Source of the DNA: an uncultured Candidatus Rokubacteria bacterium | GTDB taxonomy: Bacteria > Methylomirabilota > Methylomirabilia > Rokubacteriales > CSP1-6 | Assembly (NCBI GenBank): GCA_963762145.1 | Contig: CAVXJS010000016.1 | Span: 53,981 to 117,980 of the forward strand | Reading direction: 5' to 3' | Length of the DNA: 64,000 nt | Translations under genes and position numbers: made by a program | In this document: positions 20,550-32,350 of the stretch, one piece after another | How the letters are laid out: every line of letters begins with the position of its first letter | Numbering within the stretch: position 1 is the stretch's first letter | Notes under the pieces: generated by a model | What the model saw: the letters and a program-made list of their open reading frames with translations, nothing else | Databases searched by the model: none | What the model was told of the DNA's origin: nothing

Positions 20550-22621
20550 CCCCAGCGTCGAGCTGTCGCGCGAGCGCGTCCGGCTCGGTCACCGGGAGCT
20601 GGCAGACGTAGCGGCGGCACACGTACGCGGTCGGCCTGCCGTTCACCGGGCCGCGATCGGCCAGGAGCGGCAGCCCCTCGGCACCCGGCGCGCCCGCAAC
20701 CGCGCCAACCACCACCCGGTTGGGCTGATAGCGGCGGAACACCGTCTCGGCGAGCGGCGTGGCCGCGCGCTCGGCGCCCGCGGGCCACACGAGCGCCACC
20801 TCGGCCACCGGTCCTAGGTGGAAGTCGAGCGCCGACAGGTAGCGGCCGAAGCCGGACGGGTACTTCTGCATGACGTCGGCCATGGGGCGGAGGGCCTGCA
20901 GCGCGATCGTCTCGTAGCGCTCCTGGCCGGTGACGATCGCGAGCCTCAGGAGCCACTCGATGGTGACCGAGGTGCCGCTCGGCACCGCGTTGTCGAAGAT
21001 GTTCCGCGGCCGGACCACGAGGCTCTCCTGGTCGTGGCCGGTGTCGAAGAAGATCTCGCGCTCCGCGTTCCAGAACAGGCGCAGGGTCTCCTCGGCGAGA
21101 CGAAGCGACTCGTCGAGCCAGCGCCGGTCGAAGGTCGCCTCGTAGAGCGCGAAGAAACCTGCGCCGACCATCGCATGATCCTCGAGGTAGCCGGTGATCC
21201 GGGCCTGGCCGTCCTTCCACGAGCGCAGCAGCCGGCCGTCGCGCTGCATCGCCGAGGTGAGGAACTCGGCGTTGCGGACCGCGGCGGCCAGGTAGTCGTG
21301 CCGGCCGAGCGCGGACGCGGCCTCCGCGAGCGCGGCCAGCATCAGACCGTTCCAGGACGCCAGCACCTTGTCGTCGAGCCCCGGGTGGACGCGCTTCTCG
21401 CGGTGCGCGTAGAGCGTCTGGCGGGCGCGGGCGATCCGGGCCGCGAGCTCGTCGGGGCTCACCGCGAGCGTCTCGGCCACCGCCGCGGGCTCGCGCGGCA
21501 CGAACAGGATGCTGTGGCCCTCGAAGTTGGGCCCGTCGTCCACGCCCCAGTAGGCCAGGGCGGCGCGGGCGAGTGACTCGTCGCCCAGCACCGCGCGGAT
21601 CTCCTCGGGCGACCAGACGAAGAACTTGCCCTCGACGCCCTCGGAGTCGGCGTCCTGGGCCGAGTAGAACCCGCCGGCCCGATGCGTCATCTCGCGCAGC
21701 ACGTAGTCGAGCGTCTCCTCGGTCACGCGCCGGTACTCGGCGTCGCCCGTGGCCAGCCAGCCGTGGAGGTAGAGCGAGGCGAGCTGGGCGTTGTCGTAGA
21801 GCATCTTCTCGAAGTGCGGCACCAGCCACTGCCCGTCGACCGAGTAGCGATGGAAGCCGCCGCCGAGCTGGTCGTACATGCCGCCGCGGGCCATGCGGGT
21901 CAGGGTGAGGCGGAGCATCTCGAGCGCGCGCGGATCGCCGGTCCGCTTCCACACGCGCAGGATCGCGTCCCAGGTCATCGGCTGGGGGAACTTGGGCGCC
22001 TGGCCGAGGCCGCCGTCGCGCTCGTCGAACTCGCCGGCGAGGCCCAGGTAGGCGCCGCACCAGGACGTCCTTCGAGAGGACGCTGGCCGAGCGGGTGAGG
22101 CGCTCGGACTGCTGCATGCTCTCGACGAGCTGCCGGCCGGCCTCGAGCACCTCGCCGCGGCGGCCGTGATAGGCGTCGGCGATCGACTGCAGGAGCCGCG
22201 GGAAGGCGGGCATGCCGTGACGGTCCACCGGCGGGAAGTAGGTGCCGCCGTAGAACGGCACGCCGTCGGGGGTGAGGAACACGGTCATCGGCCAGCCGCC
22301 GCGGCCGGTCATGGACTGCACGGCCTGCATGTAGATCTGGTCCACGTCGGGCCGCTCCTCGCGATCCACCTTGACGGAAACGAAGAGGCGGTTCATGAGC
22401 GCCGCGATGTCGTCGTTCTCGAACGACTCGCGCTCCATCACGTGACACCAGTGGCAGGCCGAGTAGCCGACCGAGAGCAGCACCGGCCGGTCCTCGCGCC
22501 GGGCCAGATCGAACGCCTCGGGGCCCCACGGATACCAGTCCACCGGGTTGTGCGCGTGCTGGAGCAGGTACGGGCTGGTCTCGGAGGCGAGGCGGTTCGC
22601 GGGGCGGGACGAGGAGGACAT
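20545..22621 (-). CDS. Thioredoxin domain-containing protein (YyaL/DUF255), frameshift near 22055
   Basis: [54 protein letters not shown]. Confidence 0.95.
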
Positions 22622-22635
22622 GCGCCAGTGGCCGT

Positions 22636-23632
22636 TCAGGCCTGCGGGGCCTGGACGAACGGAAGGGCGGCGACCCGGGCCGGCTGCTCGCCGGCGCCGT
22701 CCACCACCGTCACCGCGGTGCCCGGCTCGAAGTGCTCGCGGCGCACGTAGCCGAGCGCGATCGGCCGGCCCAGCGCGATCGACCGCACCGCGGAGGTGAC
22801 GCGGCCGACCTCCTTGCCGTCCACCGTGACCTGTGCTCCCTCGCCGGGAACCCGCTCGCCCTCGATCACGAGACCGCTGAGCGCGCGGTTGACGTGGCCG
22901 CGATACTTCACGCGCGCCACCGTCTCCTGGCCGATGTAGCAGCCCTTGGTGTAGCTCACCAGCGCGTCGAGGCGCGTCTCGGGCAGGATCACGGAGTCGT
23001 CGACGTCGGCGGGATACCAGGGCTGGCCCGCCTCGATCCGCAGCACCGCGAGGGTCTCGTCTCCCGCCGGCACCGCTCCGGCCGCCTCGAGGGCGGCCCG
23101 CACGGTGGCGGCGTGCTCGGCGGGCACCCAGCAGTGGAAGCCGGGCGCGGGGCCCTCCGCCCGGTTGATCAGGCGTACCGGCGCGCCCGGCGATCGCCAC
23201 CTCGAGGTGCGCATAGGGCGCGAGGTCCAGCGGCGACACCGGCCAGCGCCCTCGAGCAGGCGTGCGCGCGGCGGGCCCCTGCACCGACAGGATGGCGAAC
23301 GCGTCGTCCGCCGACTCGAAGTAGGCCTTCTCCGAGATCAGATAGCGGTCGATGGTCTGGAGCGTCTTCTCGGTGAGGCTCGCGGGCAGCTCGAGCAGCA
23401 CCTGATCGGCGGTCGCGTAGACGCCGAGCAGCACCGTGACCTTGCCGTGAGCGTCGAGGAACGCGGCGGGGACCCCCTGGCCCGGCTGGAGGCCCTTGAC
23501 GTCGTTGGTGAGCATGCCCTGGAGGAACGCGAGCCGATCGCGTCCGGTCACGGTGACTTTTCCGAGCGCGGAGCGGTCGAACAGGGCTGCGCCGTGGCGG
23601 GCGGCGTGGTACTCGGCGGCCAGGTCGGGCAT
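22636..23632 (-). CDS. YgfZ/GcvT-like folate-binding aminomethyltransferase family, frameshifted
   Basis: [29 protein letters not shown] YgfZ signature. Confidence 0.9.
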
Positions 23633-23639
23633 GAGGCTC

Positions 23640-23668
23640 ATTGTTGTCGCGGCTGCGGCGCCTGTCAA
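23640..23668 (-). promoter_or_regulatory. Sigma70-type promoter of the YgfZ-like gene, probably leaderless
   Basis: TTGACA (23663-23668), 17 bp, AACAAT (23640-23645), 7 nt, ATG. Confidence 0.6.
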
Positions 23669-23696
23669 CTTGCGGCTCCCGGCCGACTCGTACACA

Positions 23697-24411
23697 ATGG
23701 CCGCCGTGCCGTCCACCGCCTCGCCCGATTCCGGGGCCCGCTCGCGCTTCCGCCGCCGCCTGCTGCAGTGGTACGGCCGCCACCGGCGCGACCTGCCGTG
23801 GCGCCGCACCGGGGACCCGTACCACATCCTCGTCTCGGAGATCATGCTCCAGCAGACGCAGGTGGAGCGGGTCGTGCCCAAATACCACGAGTTCCTCGAA
23901 CGCTACCCGACGCTCGAGGCCCTGGCGGGCTCGGCGTCCGACGACGTCCGGCGCCTCTGGTACCCGCTCGGGTACAACGTCCGCCCGCTCAACCTGCACG
24001 GGATCGCGCGCGAGGCGGTGGCGAGCTACGGCGGGCGGCTGCCCGACGACGCCGGGGCGCTGCGGGGGATGCGCGGCATCGGCCGCTACACCGCGGGCGC
24101 GCCTGCTCTGCTTCGCGTACGGCCGCGCGGTGCCCATCGTGGACACCAACGTGCGCCGGGTGCTCGGGCGCGTGTTCCTGGGCCCGCGCCGGCTGGCCCA
24201 GCTGCGGGGCCAGAAGGCCATGTGGGATCTCGCCGGGCGCGCTGCGTGCCGCGCCGGCGATCCTACGACTACAACCAGGCCCTGATGGACTTCGGCGCGA
24301 CCTGGTGCACCGCGCGGGCGCCGCGCTGCCGCCCCTGCCCCATGAAGCGCTTCTGCGCGACCTATCGGGCGAATGGCCAGCGCGGTCGGGAGTCCCGGTG
24401 GGCGCGCTTGA
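23697..24411 (+). CDS. mutY: A/G-specific adenine glycosylase, short form without C-terminal NUDIX domain; frameshifted, 3' end approximate
   Basis: [25 protein letters not shown] (HhH), [34 protein letters not shown] FeS motif. Confidence 0.9.
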
Positions 24412-25147
24412 CGGCAAGGTGGCCCTCGTGGCCGGGGGCGGCACCGGGATCGGCCGGGCCATCGCGCGAGCGGTTCGCGCGGGAGGGCGCGCGCGTGGCC
24501 GTCTTCGGGCGACGGCCGGAGCCGCTGCGGGAGGTCGCGCGCGCGATCCAGAGCGCGGGCGGGACCGCGATGGCGATCGCGGGCGACGCGGGGCTCGAGC
24601 GCGACGTGGCGCGAGCTGGTCGCGGCGGCCCGGAGCGAGTGGGGCGGCGTGGACGTCGTGGTCAACTCGGCGGCGGTGCGGCTCCAGTCGCCGCTGACCG
24701 AGATCTCGGCGGCCGACTTCGCGGAGGTGCTGCGCATCAACCTGGTCGGCGCCTTCGTGCTGACCAAGCTCGCGACGGAGCCGATGCGCCAGCGCGGCGG
24801 CGGGAGCATCATCCACATCGGCTCGGCGCTCGGCGTCGTGGCCGCGCCGTTCTTCTCGCCGTACGTCGCCTCCAAGGGCGGGCTGAACGCGCTGGCCCGC
24901 GCGGCCGCGGTCGAGCTCGTCGGCGACCGCATCCGGGTCGAACGTGGTGGCGCCGGGGACGATCGATACCGCGATCAACGCGGGCGTGAGCGAGTTCCGG
25001 CGGCACATGCTGGCGCATCGCATCCCGATCGGGCGCGCGGGGCACGTGGACGACATCGCGTCGGCGTGTCTGTACCTGGCGTCGGATGCTTCGCGCTACG
25101 TCACCGGCTCCACGCTGGCGGTGGACGGGGGCTGGACCGCTTCATGA
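24398..25147 (+). CDS. SDR family oxidoreductase, frameshifted
   Basis: [38 protein letters not shown]. Confidence 0.88.
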
Positions 25148-25170
25148 GCGAGCCCCTCTGAGCGCGGGCC

Positions 25171-25204
25171 CCGTCACCCTGCCCTCTCCCCAGGGGGGAG
25201 AGGG
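25171..25204. repeat. REP-like family A copy 2
   Basis: CCGTCACCCTGCCCTCTCCCCAGGGGGGAGAGGG, ending 1 nt before the mutT ATG. Confidence 0.85.
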
Positions 25205-25205
25205 A

Positions 25206-25583
25206 ATGATCGACGTCGTGGCGGCGGTGATCGAGCGCGGCGGGCGGATCCTCATCGCGCGGCGCCAGGCCAGGAGCCATCTGGGCGGGCTGTGGGAGTT
25301 CCCGGGCGGGAAGCGGCAGGACGGCGAGACGGCGGAGGCGGCGCTGATCCGGGAGATCCGCGAGGAGCTGGACGCGGCGGTCTCGGTCGGCGAGCTGCTC
25401 GACGACGTCGAGTGGCGGTATCCCGAGAAGACGGTGCGGCTGCGCTTCTTCCGCTGCGCCCTCGAGGGGGAGCCACGCGCCGCGGAGGGCCAGGAGATCG
25501 CCTGGGTGGCGCCGGCGGAGCTGGGCGGCTACGAGTTCCCGCCCGCAGACGAGGGCCTGGTCGCGCGGCTCAGGCGCCGCTGA
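25206..25583 (+). CDS. mutT: NUDIX 8-oxo-dGTP diphosphatase MutT-like
   Basis: GLWEFPGGK...RE.REEL Nudix box, FPPAD. Confidence 0.85.
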   Translation: MIDVVAAVIERGGRILIARRQARSHLGGLWEFPGGKRQDGETAEAALIREIREELDAAVSVGELLDDVEWRYPEKTVRLRFFRCALEGEPRAAEGQEIAWVAPAELGGYEFPPADEGLVARLRRR

Positions 25584-27455
25584 CCGCGAGCGCGTCACGG
25601 CGCTGCCGGGCGCTCAGCAGCAGGATCCCCGCGTAGACGACCAGTCCCACCGCCTGCAGCGCGCCGGTGCGCACGATCAGCAGACCGGCCGCCACGAGGC
25701 ACAGCCAGCGCAGCCAGCCCGAGAGGGGTCCCGCTGCGTGGCCGACCACGAAGGACGCCAGCGCGATCGCGGAGACCGCGGCCAGGGCCGACATCAGGAC
25801 GATCTGCGGCCAGCTCCCGCGGAGCAGCAGCTCCTGGTGGTAGACGAAGGCGAACGGGACGAAGAAGCCCGCGATGCCAAGCCGGAACGCCTCGATCCCG
25901 GTCGCGAACATGTCCGGCCCCTGCGATGTTGGCGGCCGCGAACGCGGTGACCGCGTCGGGCGGCGTGAGATCGGACAGCACCGCGTAGTAGAAGACGAAC
26001 AGGTGGGCGGCGAGCAGGCTCACGCCGAGATTGCCCATCGCGGCCGCGCCCACCGTGACCGCGATGACGTAGGCCGCGGTGGTGGGGATGCCGGTGCCGA
26101 GCACGGACACCACGATGAAGACGAGGATCATCGCCACCAGCAGGATGCCGCCCGCCATCTCGACCACCACCCCGCTGAAGGCCAGCGCGGCGCCGGTGCG
26201 CGTCAGCACGCCCACGATCATGCCCGAGCCGGCCAGCGCCACCGCGATGGTCGCGGCGGAGAACGAGGCCTCGGTCAGCGCCTCCCAGCACCGGCGCGGG
26301 GTCATCCACGTCTTCCGGTCGAGGAAGGAGAGGACGAAGGTCACCACGATCGTGTAGAACGCGGCCCCGGTCGGCGAGTAGCCCTGGGCCAGCAGGTACA
26401 CGATGAGGCCGAAGGGGATGACGAAGTAGCCGCGGCGCAGCACCGGACGCCAGGAGGGCAGCTCCGACCGGGGTACCGGCCGCATGCCGTACCGAAGGGC
26501 CAGGAAGTGCACCATCGCCATCAGGCCCACGTAGTAGAGGATGGCCGGGATCGCGGCGGCCTTGATGATCTCGAAGTACGAGATCCCGGTGACCTCCGAC
26601 ATGATGAACACGCCCGCGCCCATCACCGGCGGCATGATCTGCCCGCCGGTGCCCGCGATGGCCTCGATGGCGGCCGCGTTCTTGGCGGTGTAGCCGCCCT
26701 TCTTCATGAGCGGGATCGTGAACGAGCCGGTGGCGTAGACGTTGGCCACCGTCGAGCCCGAGATCGTGCCGAAGAGGGCGGAGGCGATGACCGCGATCTT
26801 GGCGGGGCCGCCGCGGGCCCAGCCCGCCATCCGAACCGCCAGGTCGATGACGAACTCCCCGACCCCGGCCTTCATCATGACCGCGGCGAACAGGACGTAG
26901 ATGAAGAGGATGTTCGACGAGATGCCGGTGAGGAAGCCGTACATGCCCTCGTCGCCGGCCAGGTAGACGAACTCGACCATCCGCGGGAACGAGTAGCCCT
27001 TGAAGTTGAAGAGGCCGGGGATCCACTGGCTGGTGCCGAGGTAGACGAGCGAGACGCAGATGGTGACCGCCATCCAGGGAGAGAGCGATCGGCGGCAGGC
27101 CTCGATGACGAGGAGGGCCATGAACGAGCCGATGACGACCTCGATGGGGAGCACCGGCGAGGCGCCTTCCCAGCGATGGTTGAGGCGGTCGGCGTCCCAG
27201 ATCAGGTACAGGCTGCCCACCGCGGTGAGCGCGGCCCACAGCCAGTCGAAGGCGCTCGGCCGGGTACGCGGCGAGCGGGCATTGAACGGGAACGCGACGA
27301 AGACGAGCGGGATCAGGAACAGCAGGTGCACCGAGCGCTGCAGCCGGGGCTCCAGCATGCCGTAGCCCGCGGTGTAGAGATGGAACAGCGCGGCCGCCGC
27401 CGCGTAGGCGCCGGCCGCCCAGTCGACCCACCCCTCGAGCTTTCTGATTCGCTAC
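25570..27455 (-). CDS. TRAP transporter fused 4TM/12TM permease, frameshift near 25920, start approximate
   Basis: GGPAKIAV, GTISGS, TGGQIMPPVMG, LGTGIPTTAAY, DLTPP. Confidence 0.92.
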
Positions 27456-27471
27456 CTCCGGCCCGTCCGGA

Positions 27472-28485
27472 CTACTTGAGCCAGCCCTTCTCCTTGTAGT
27501 ACCGCTCGGCGCCCGGGTGGAGCGCGACACCGAGGAACAGGTGTCCCTTGGAGGGCTCGTAGTCGGCCAGGCTGCCGTGGATCTTGCGGACGCGGTCCGC
27601 GTTGTCGTTCAGCGCCTTCGTGATGTTGTACGCCATCTCGTTCGACATGGCGGTCGACACCGTGATCGTGGTGCCCATCGTGGCCGACACCACCGGCTCG
27701 TTGCCGTTGGCGGCCTTGGGATACGTCCCGGCCGGGATGGTCCCCTCGCCCATCCCGAACTTGCCGAGGTACTCGAGCAGCGGCTTCGGGAACGCGAGGA
27801 TCTTCAGCGTCGCGTCCGACCGAGGCCTCGGTGATGGAGGCGCCGGGCAGGGCCAGGAAGGTGAAGGTCCCGTCCACGTTGCGGTCCTTGAAGGCGCCCG
27901 CCTGCTCCGAGTAGGAGCCGCGGAAGAACTTGGTGCCCGCCGCCTCCCAGGTCTTGTAGCAGTCCGCGGTCTTGCCCGCCTGGCAGTAGCCGTAGAACTC
28001 CATGACCTTCTCGAAGACCCAGACGTCGGAGGAGCCGGGCTTGGAGATGGCCAGGCGCATCGGCTTCTTGGTCTTGAAGATCTCCTCCATCGCTCATCTT
28101 GGCGAACGGCGAGTCCGCCGCCACGTAGAAGTGGAAGGTGTTGAGGCTCATGTTGCCCGCGACCGCGCGGAGCTTGTCCATCTTCTGATCCGGGTACGGG
28201 TCCTCGCCGCGGACGGCCGCGCCCAGCAGCGGCGGCAGGCCCATGCCGAGATCGGCGTCGCCCTTCTGGACCAGGAGCGGGTTCTGGGTGCCGCCGCCCG
28301 GGATGACCTTGATGTTGAGGCCGGTCTTCTCTCGCAGCAGCTCGGCCATGCCGCCCGAGATCGTGTACCAGCCGCCGCCCACCGCTCCGGCCGTCCACGT
28401 CAGCGACTGCTGCGCGGCCGCGCCGCCGCGCGAGCGCCGCGACCAGGGCCAGAGTCATCACCGCGAGCCCGAAACGTTTCAGCAT
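27472..28485 (-). CDS. TAXI-family TRAP solute-binding protein, frameshifted
   Basis: Signal peptide, GGGWY, PGGGTQN, IPAGTYP, LHPGAERYYKEKG. Confidence 0.9.
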   Translation of the reverse strand: MLKRFGLAVMTLALVAALARRRGRAAVADVDGRSGGRRLVHDLGRHGRAAAREDRPQHQGHPGRRHPEPAPGPEGRRRSRHGPAAAAGRGRPRRGPVPGSEDGQAPRGRGQHEPQHLPLLRGGGLAVRQDERWRRSSRPRSRCAWPSPSPAPPTSGSSRRSWSSTATARRARPRTATRPGRRRAPSSSAAPTRSRRAPSRTATWTGPSPSWPCPAPPSPRPRSDATLKILAFPKPLLEYLGKFGMGEGTIPAGTYPKAANGNEPVVSATMGTTITVSTAMSNEMAYNITKALNDNADRVRKIHGSLADYEPSKGHLFLGVALHPGAERYYKEKGWLK

Positions 28486-28510
28486 CGATCCTGCCTCCTG
28501 TTGGAGCGAC

Positions 28511-29669
28511 TCAGAACATGTTGGCTTCGGCGCGCAGCCGTCCCGCGGCGAAGCGGTCGAGGGTTAATGCGCCAATATCCATGCTGCGGGCGCGCCCGTC
28601 AAGGAGCATCTCGGTCATCAGGATGCCGATCGCGGGCGAGTGCATGAAGCCGTGCCCGGAGAAGCCGCACGCCACGTGAAAGCCGGGCGCCTGCGCGGCC
28701 GGGCCGAGAATGCCGTGGTAGTCGGGCGTCAGGTCGCGCACCCCCGCGTAGGACCGCATCACGTGGGCCTCGGCCAGCGGCGGCACCCGAAGAGCGGCCG
28801 CGCGGAAGACCGCGTCGAAGGCGTCCCAGTCGACGGTGGTGTCGTGGCCCGGCTTGATGTCCTTGTCGGTGCCTCCCATCAGCACCGCGCTCAGCCCCTG
28901 CCGGTGGACATAGAAGCCGGTATCGAGGTCGACGATCAGGGGAAAGACAGGCGGCAGCTCCGGCAGCGGCTCGGTGACCATGACCTGGCGCCGGTAGGGC
29001 TTCGACGGGATGTCCACGCCGGCCATGCGCGCCGATCTCGTCCGCGTGGGGTCCCGCGCAGTCGACCACGATCGGCGCGGACCATTCCGCGCCGGGCGTC
29101 TTCACGCCGATCACACGCTCTCCGGCCTTGACGATGCCGATGACCGGCGCGCCGGTCAGCAGGCGCAGGCCGCGGCTCCGCGCCACCTCCAGGAACCCCG
29201 AGAGCAACGAGTACGGATCGGCCGAGCCGTCGTCGGCGCAGAAGGTGCCCCCGAGCAGGTCGGCGGTCACGAGGGCGGCCAGATGGGACTGGATCTCGGA
29301 CGGCGCCAGGAGCTCGCTCGCCACGCCGAGCCTCCGCTGCAGGGCCACGTTCTCGCGGCACTGCGCGAGCGTGGCCGCGTCGGTCGTCACGAAGAGATAG
29401 CCGTGGCGGAGGAAGTCCACCGAGCGGCCAAGAATCTCGCGGTCGTGGGTGAAGTAGCGGTACGAGAGCTGGGTGAGGCGTACGTTGGACTCGGTGGAGA
29501 ACTGGAAGCGCACGCCCCCGGTTGCCTTCGAGGTGGCGCCGGTGCCGGGCTCGGCCTCCTTCTCCAGCACGACCACGCGCAGGCGCGGATCACGCTCGAG
29601 GAGGTGGAAGGCGATGGAGCCGCCGATGATGCCGGCGCCGATGATGACGACGTCGGCGGTCTGGGTCAC
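28511..29669 (-). CDS. FAD-dependent oxidoreductase (sarcosine oxidase beta/DadA-like), frameshift near 29030
   Basis: GAGIIG, GATSKATGGVR, TPDYHGILG, CGFSGHGFMHSP. Confidence 0.88.
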
Positions 29670-29682
29670 GCGGGGAGCGGGA

Positions 29683-30435
29683 TCAGGCGGGACGCGGGGC
29701 CAGCCCGTGGCGCACCGCCTCGTGCACCATGCGGACCAGCGTGGTGATGTCGAACACGGGCACGCCGGTCAGGGCCTGGATGTCGGCCCGGTAGGGCGGC
29801 ATGTTCGTGCACTCGAGCACGATGGCGCCGATCTCCGGGATGCGCGTCCATCATCCGCCGGGTCACCGTGAGGTGTTCCTGGCGCGCGGTCTCCACGTCG
29901 AGGGTGAGCTGATCGTCGAGCATCACGCGCGTGAACTCCTTCTCGGTCTCGAGCCCCGCGACCACCACCGGCACGTCCGGCGCGATCCCCGCCCCCGCCA
30001 TGTGCTCGGCGTTCAAGCGCGGAGGCGTTTACGGTGAGGATGCCGACCGACCGCCCCGCGCGGCAGCATGCGGTGCACCAGCGGCACCAGCATGAGGCTC
30101 GAGGTGAATACCGGGATGGAGACCGCGGCGGCCAGCTCGGTCTGGAACTTGGCGAGGAACCCGCAGTTGGTGGTGACCGCGCGCACGCCCTCGCGCTCGA
30201 GGAAGCGAGCGCCCTCGATGAAGCTGGGCAGCAGCTCCCGCTGGCCCTGGCGGACCACCCGGTCCGGCGAGGCGCCGGTCACGCGGTGGTAGCGAACCGG
30301 GAAGTCGAAGGTGGTCGCATTGCCCATGTCGCCCGGGATGCGCGGGAACTGGGTGTCGAGCATCAGGATGCCGACCGAGAAGCCGTAGAGATTCTGCCCG
30401 CCCTGTACTCGGCTCGCTCCGCTCACCGGGGTCAT
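29683..30435 (-). CDS. Asp/Glu racemase family protein, frameshifted
   Basis: GILMLDTQFPRIPGDMGNA, TTNCGFL, and VLECTNMPPY in a shifted frame. Confidence 0.85.
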
Positions 30436-30474
30436 GTATTCGCTCGTCTCGCCTTCGGCTGCGTCTCGCCCTGC
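30433..30474 (-). repeat. REP-like family B copy 3 (diverged), contains the ATG of the racemase gene
   Basis: CATGTATTCGCTCGTCTCGCCTTCGGCTGCGTCTCGCCCTGC versus the copies at 20071 and 20151. Confidence 0.8.
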
Positions 30475-30478
30475 GAAG

Positions 30479-31319
30479 CTAGTTCAGCTGCGCCAGCTTC
30501 TGGCGGACGCGCCGGAGCTGGTTGCGCACCTGCTCGTGATCCGCCGCGTTGGGGAAATCGGTCAGGTACTGCTCCCAGTCGGCGACTCCGCGCTCGAGCC
30601 GCCCATGTTGCTCCACGCCGCGCCGCGGTCGCGCCGCTCCCCCGCCGAGGCCGGGTTGAGCACGAGCAGCCGGTCGATCACCCGGACCACCTTGTCCCAG
30701 GCCTCCCGGCGCCAGTAGACGCCCTTCAGATTGGCGAGCATGCGGGTCAGGAACTGGCGCGTTGCCTACCGGCGCGAAGTGCTCCGGCGGCGAGCCGCAC
30801 CGGCCGGCCCAGCGCCCGGCTGACCAGCTCCCGCAGCTCTCCGTGGTCAGGAGCGCGCCGCGGTTGAAGGGGTCGAGGAGCACCTGCTCGCCCGCGATGC
30901 GCGCGCCGGTGATGAAGTGCCCGGGCAGCCCGATGCCCTCCATCTCGAGATCCAGACGCGGCGGCCGACCTCGATCAGCACGAGGGACAGCGTGATCGGG
31001 ATGCCGAGCCGCCGATTCAGGACCTCGTTCAGGTGACTGTTGCGCGGATCGAAGTAGTCCTCGCGGTTCCCCGAGAAGCCGAGCTCCTCGAAGAGGTACT
31101 CGCGAAGCCGGTGGAGGCGTCCGAGAGCATCGTCGGCGCGCCGCGCGGGCTCCGGCGCGCCGCGGCCAGCGCGGTCGAGGCGCGCGAGGTACGCGGCCAC
31201 GTCGAGATCGGGCTGGTCGACCGGCCGCGATCAGGAGGGCGGCGTGGGCGAGGTGGATCTGGTCGTCCGGGCGATCCACCGCCACGGCGAATGCGGCCAG
31301 CGACGGAGTCGGCGTCCAT
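30479..31319 (-). CDS. SirB1 / transglutaminase-like core plus TPR protein, frameshifted
   Basis: LFEELGFSGNREDYFDPRNS, RRLGIPITLS, GIGLPGHF, LLDPFNRG. Confidence 0.88.
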
Positions 31320-31984
31320 CAACAGCCCGGGCGCGTGGTGGATGCCGGCGGTACGGAGCGCGGCGCCCTGCAGCTCCTCCGCGAGCGCCAGCGTGCGCGC
31401 GGAGACCCGGCGCGCCGCCTCCTGCGTCCTCCGGCGTGGTGGCCAGCTTGAGCAGGAGCGAGCGGCCGAGCTGGTGGTGGAAGCGCTCGTCCGGCTCGAT
31501 GATTTCGCGGTAGAGCGTCGCGGTGAGTCGGTCGCCCGCGCGGTCGCAGAACTCGATGAACTGGCGGTTCTTGACCACCGCGATCGCCTCGCGGGTGAAC
31601 TGGCCGGCGGCCACCCGCTCGACCGTGGTCGTCGAGCGAGTCGAGGTACTGAAGAGCGGGCCCGTATCCCTTGCGCGAGCGGATCGAAGCCGCGCGCGTC
31701 GAAGCCGAGCTCGCCCAGGCGCTCGGCGATCATCCGGTAGTGCTTGGCCTCGTCGCCGGCCTGGCGGGCGAAGGCCATCTTCACCTCGACGTCGGAGGTG
31801 GTCGTCAGCCAGCGCGCGGCGATCTCGGTGGCCTCGATCTCGTTCTTGAGGGCGACCTTCAGCAGATTGACGACGTTCAGGTTGCCCGTCGACCTCGGGC
31901 GTGAGGGTCGCGTCGGGCGCGAGGCGGCGGAGGAGCGCCTGGTTGCGTCTCGTCCAGCTCGGCGACGAACTCGGCGGCGGTCAC
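31319..31984 (-). CDS. Ferritin-like di-iron four-helix-bundle protein, frameshifted
   Basis: KNEIEA...DEAKHY...TREAIA...DERFHH (E / ExxH pairs); likely C-terminus HHAPGC. Confidence 0.8.
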
Positions 31985-32340
31985 GCGGCGCAGGCCCCGC
32001 TGGAGGAGCTCGGGCAGCTCCTGGGTCAGCGCTTCCTTGGTCACCACCCGGCGGCAGCGGCGCGTGCAGCGGCTGGGTCGTCCGCGCCAGCGCGTGGGTG
32101 GTGTAGCCGAGCACGCGGAGCGGCGGGCACGCGCGTCCAGGCGCGGCGAAGATCGCGTCGTAGTCCCAGCCGTCGGTGGTGAGGTCCACGATGACCAGGG
32201 CGGGCGGCTCGCCTTCGAGCGCGGCGGCCAGCTCCTCGGGGGTGCGCGCGAACACGAGCGGGGTGCCGACGAGGCGCGCGGTCTCCCGAATGCGGGCGAC
32301 GAAGAAGAGGTCCTGGACGACGGCGACGGCCTTGATGGAG
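31981..32340 (-). CDS. Atypical single-domain receiver-like protein; start uncertain, frameshifted
   Basis: AVVQDLFFVARIRETA, ALVIVDL, RVLGYTTH pattern resembling a flavodoxin/REC fold. Confidence 0.6.
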
Positions 32341-32350
32341 CGACTCCGCT

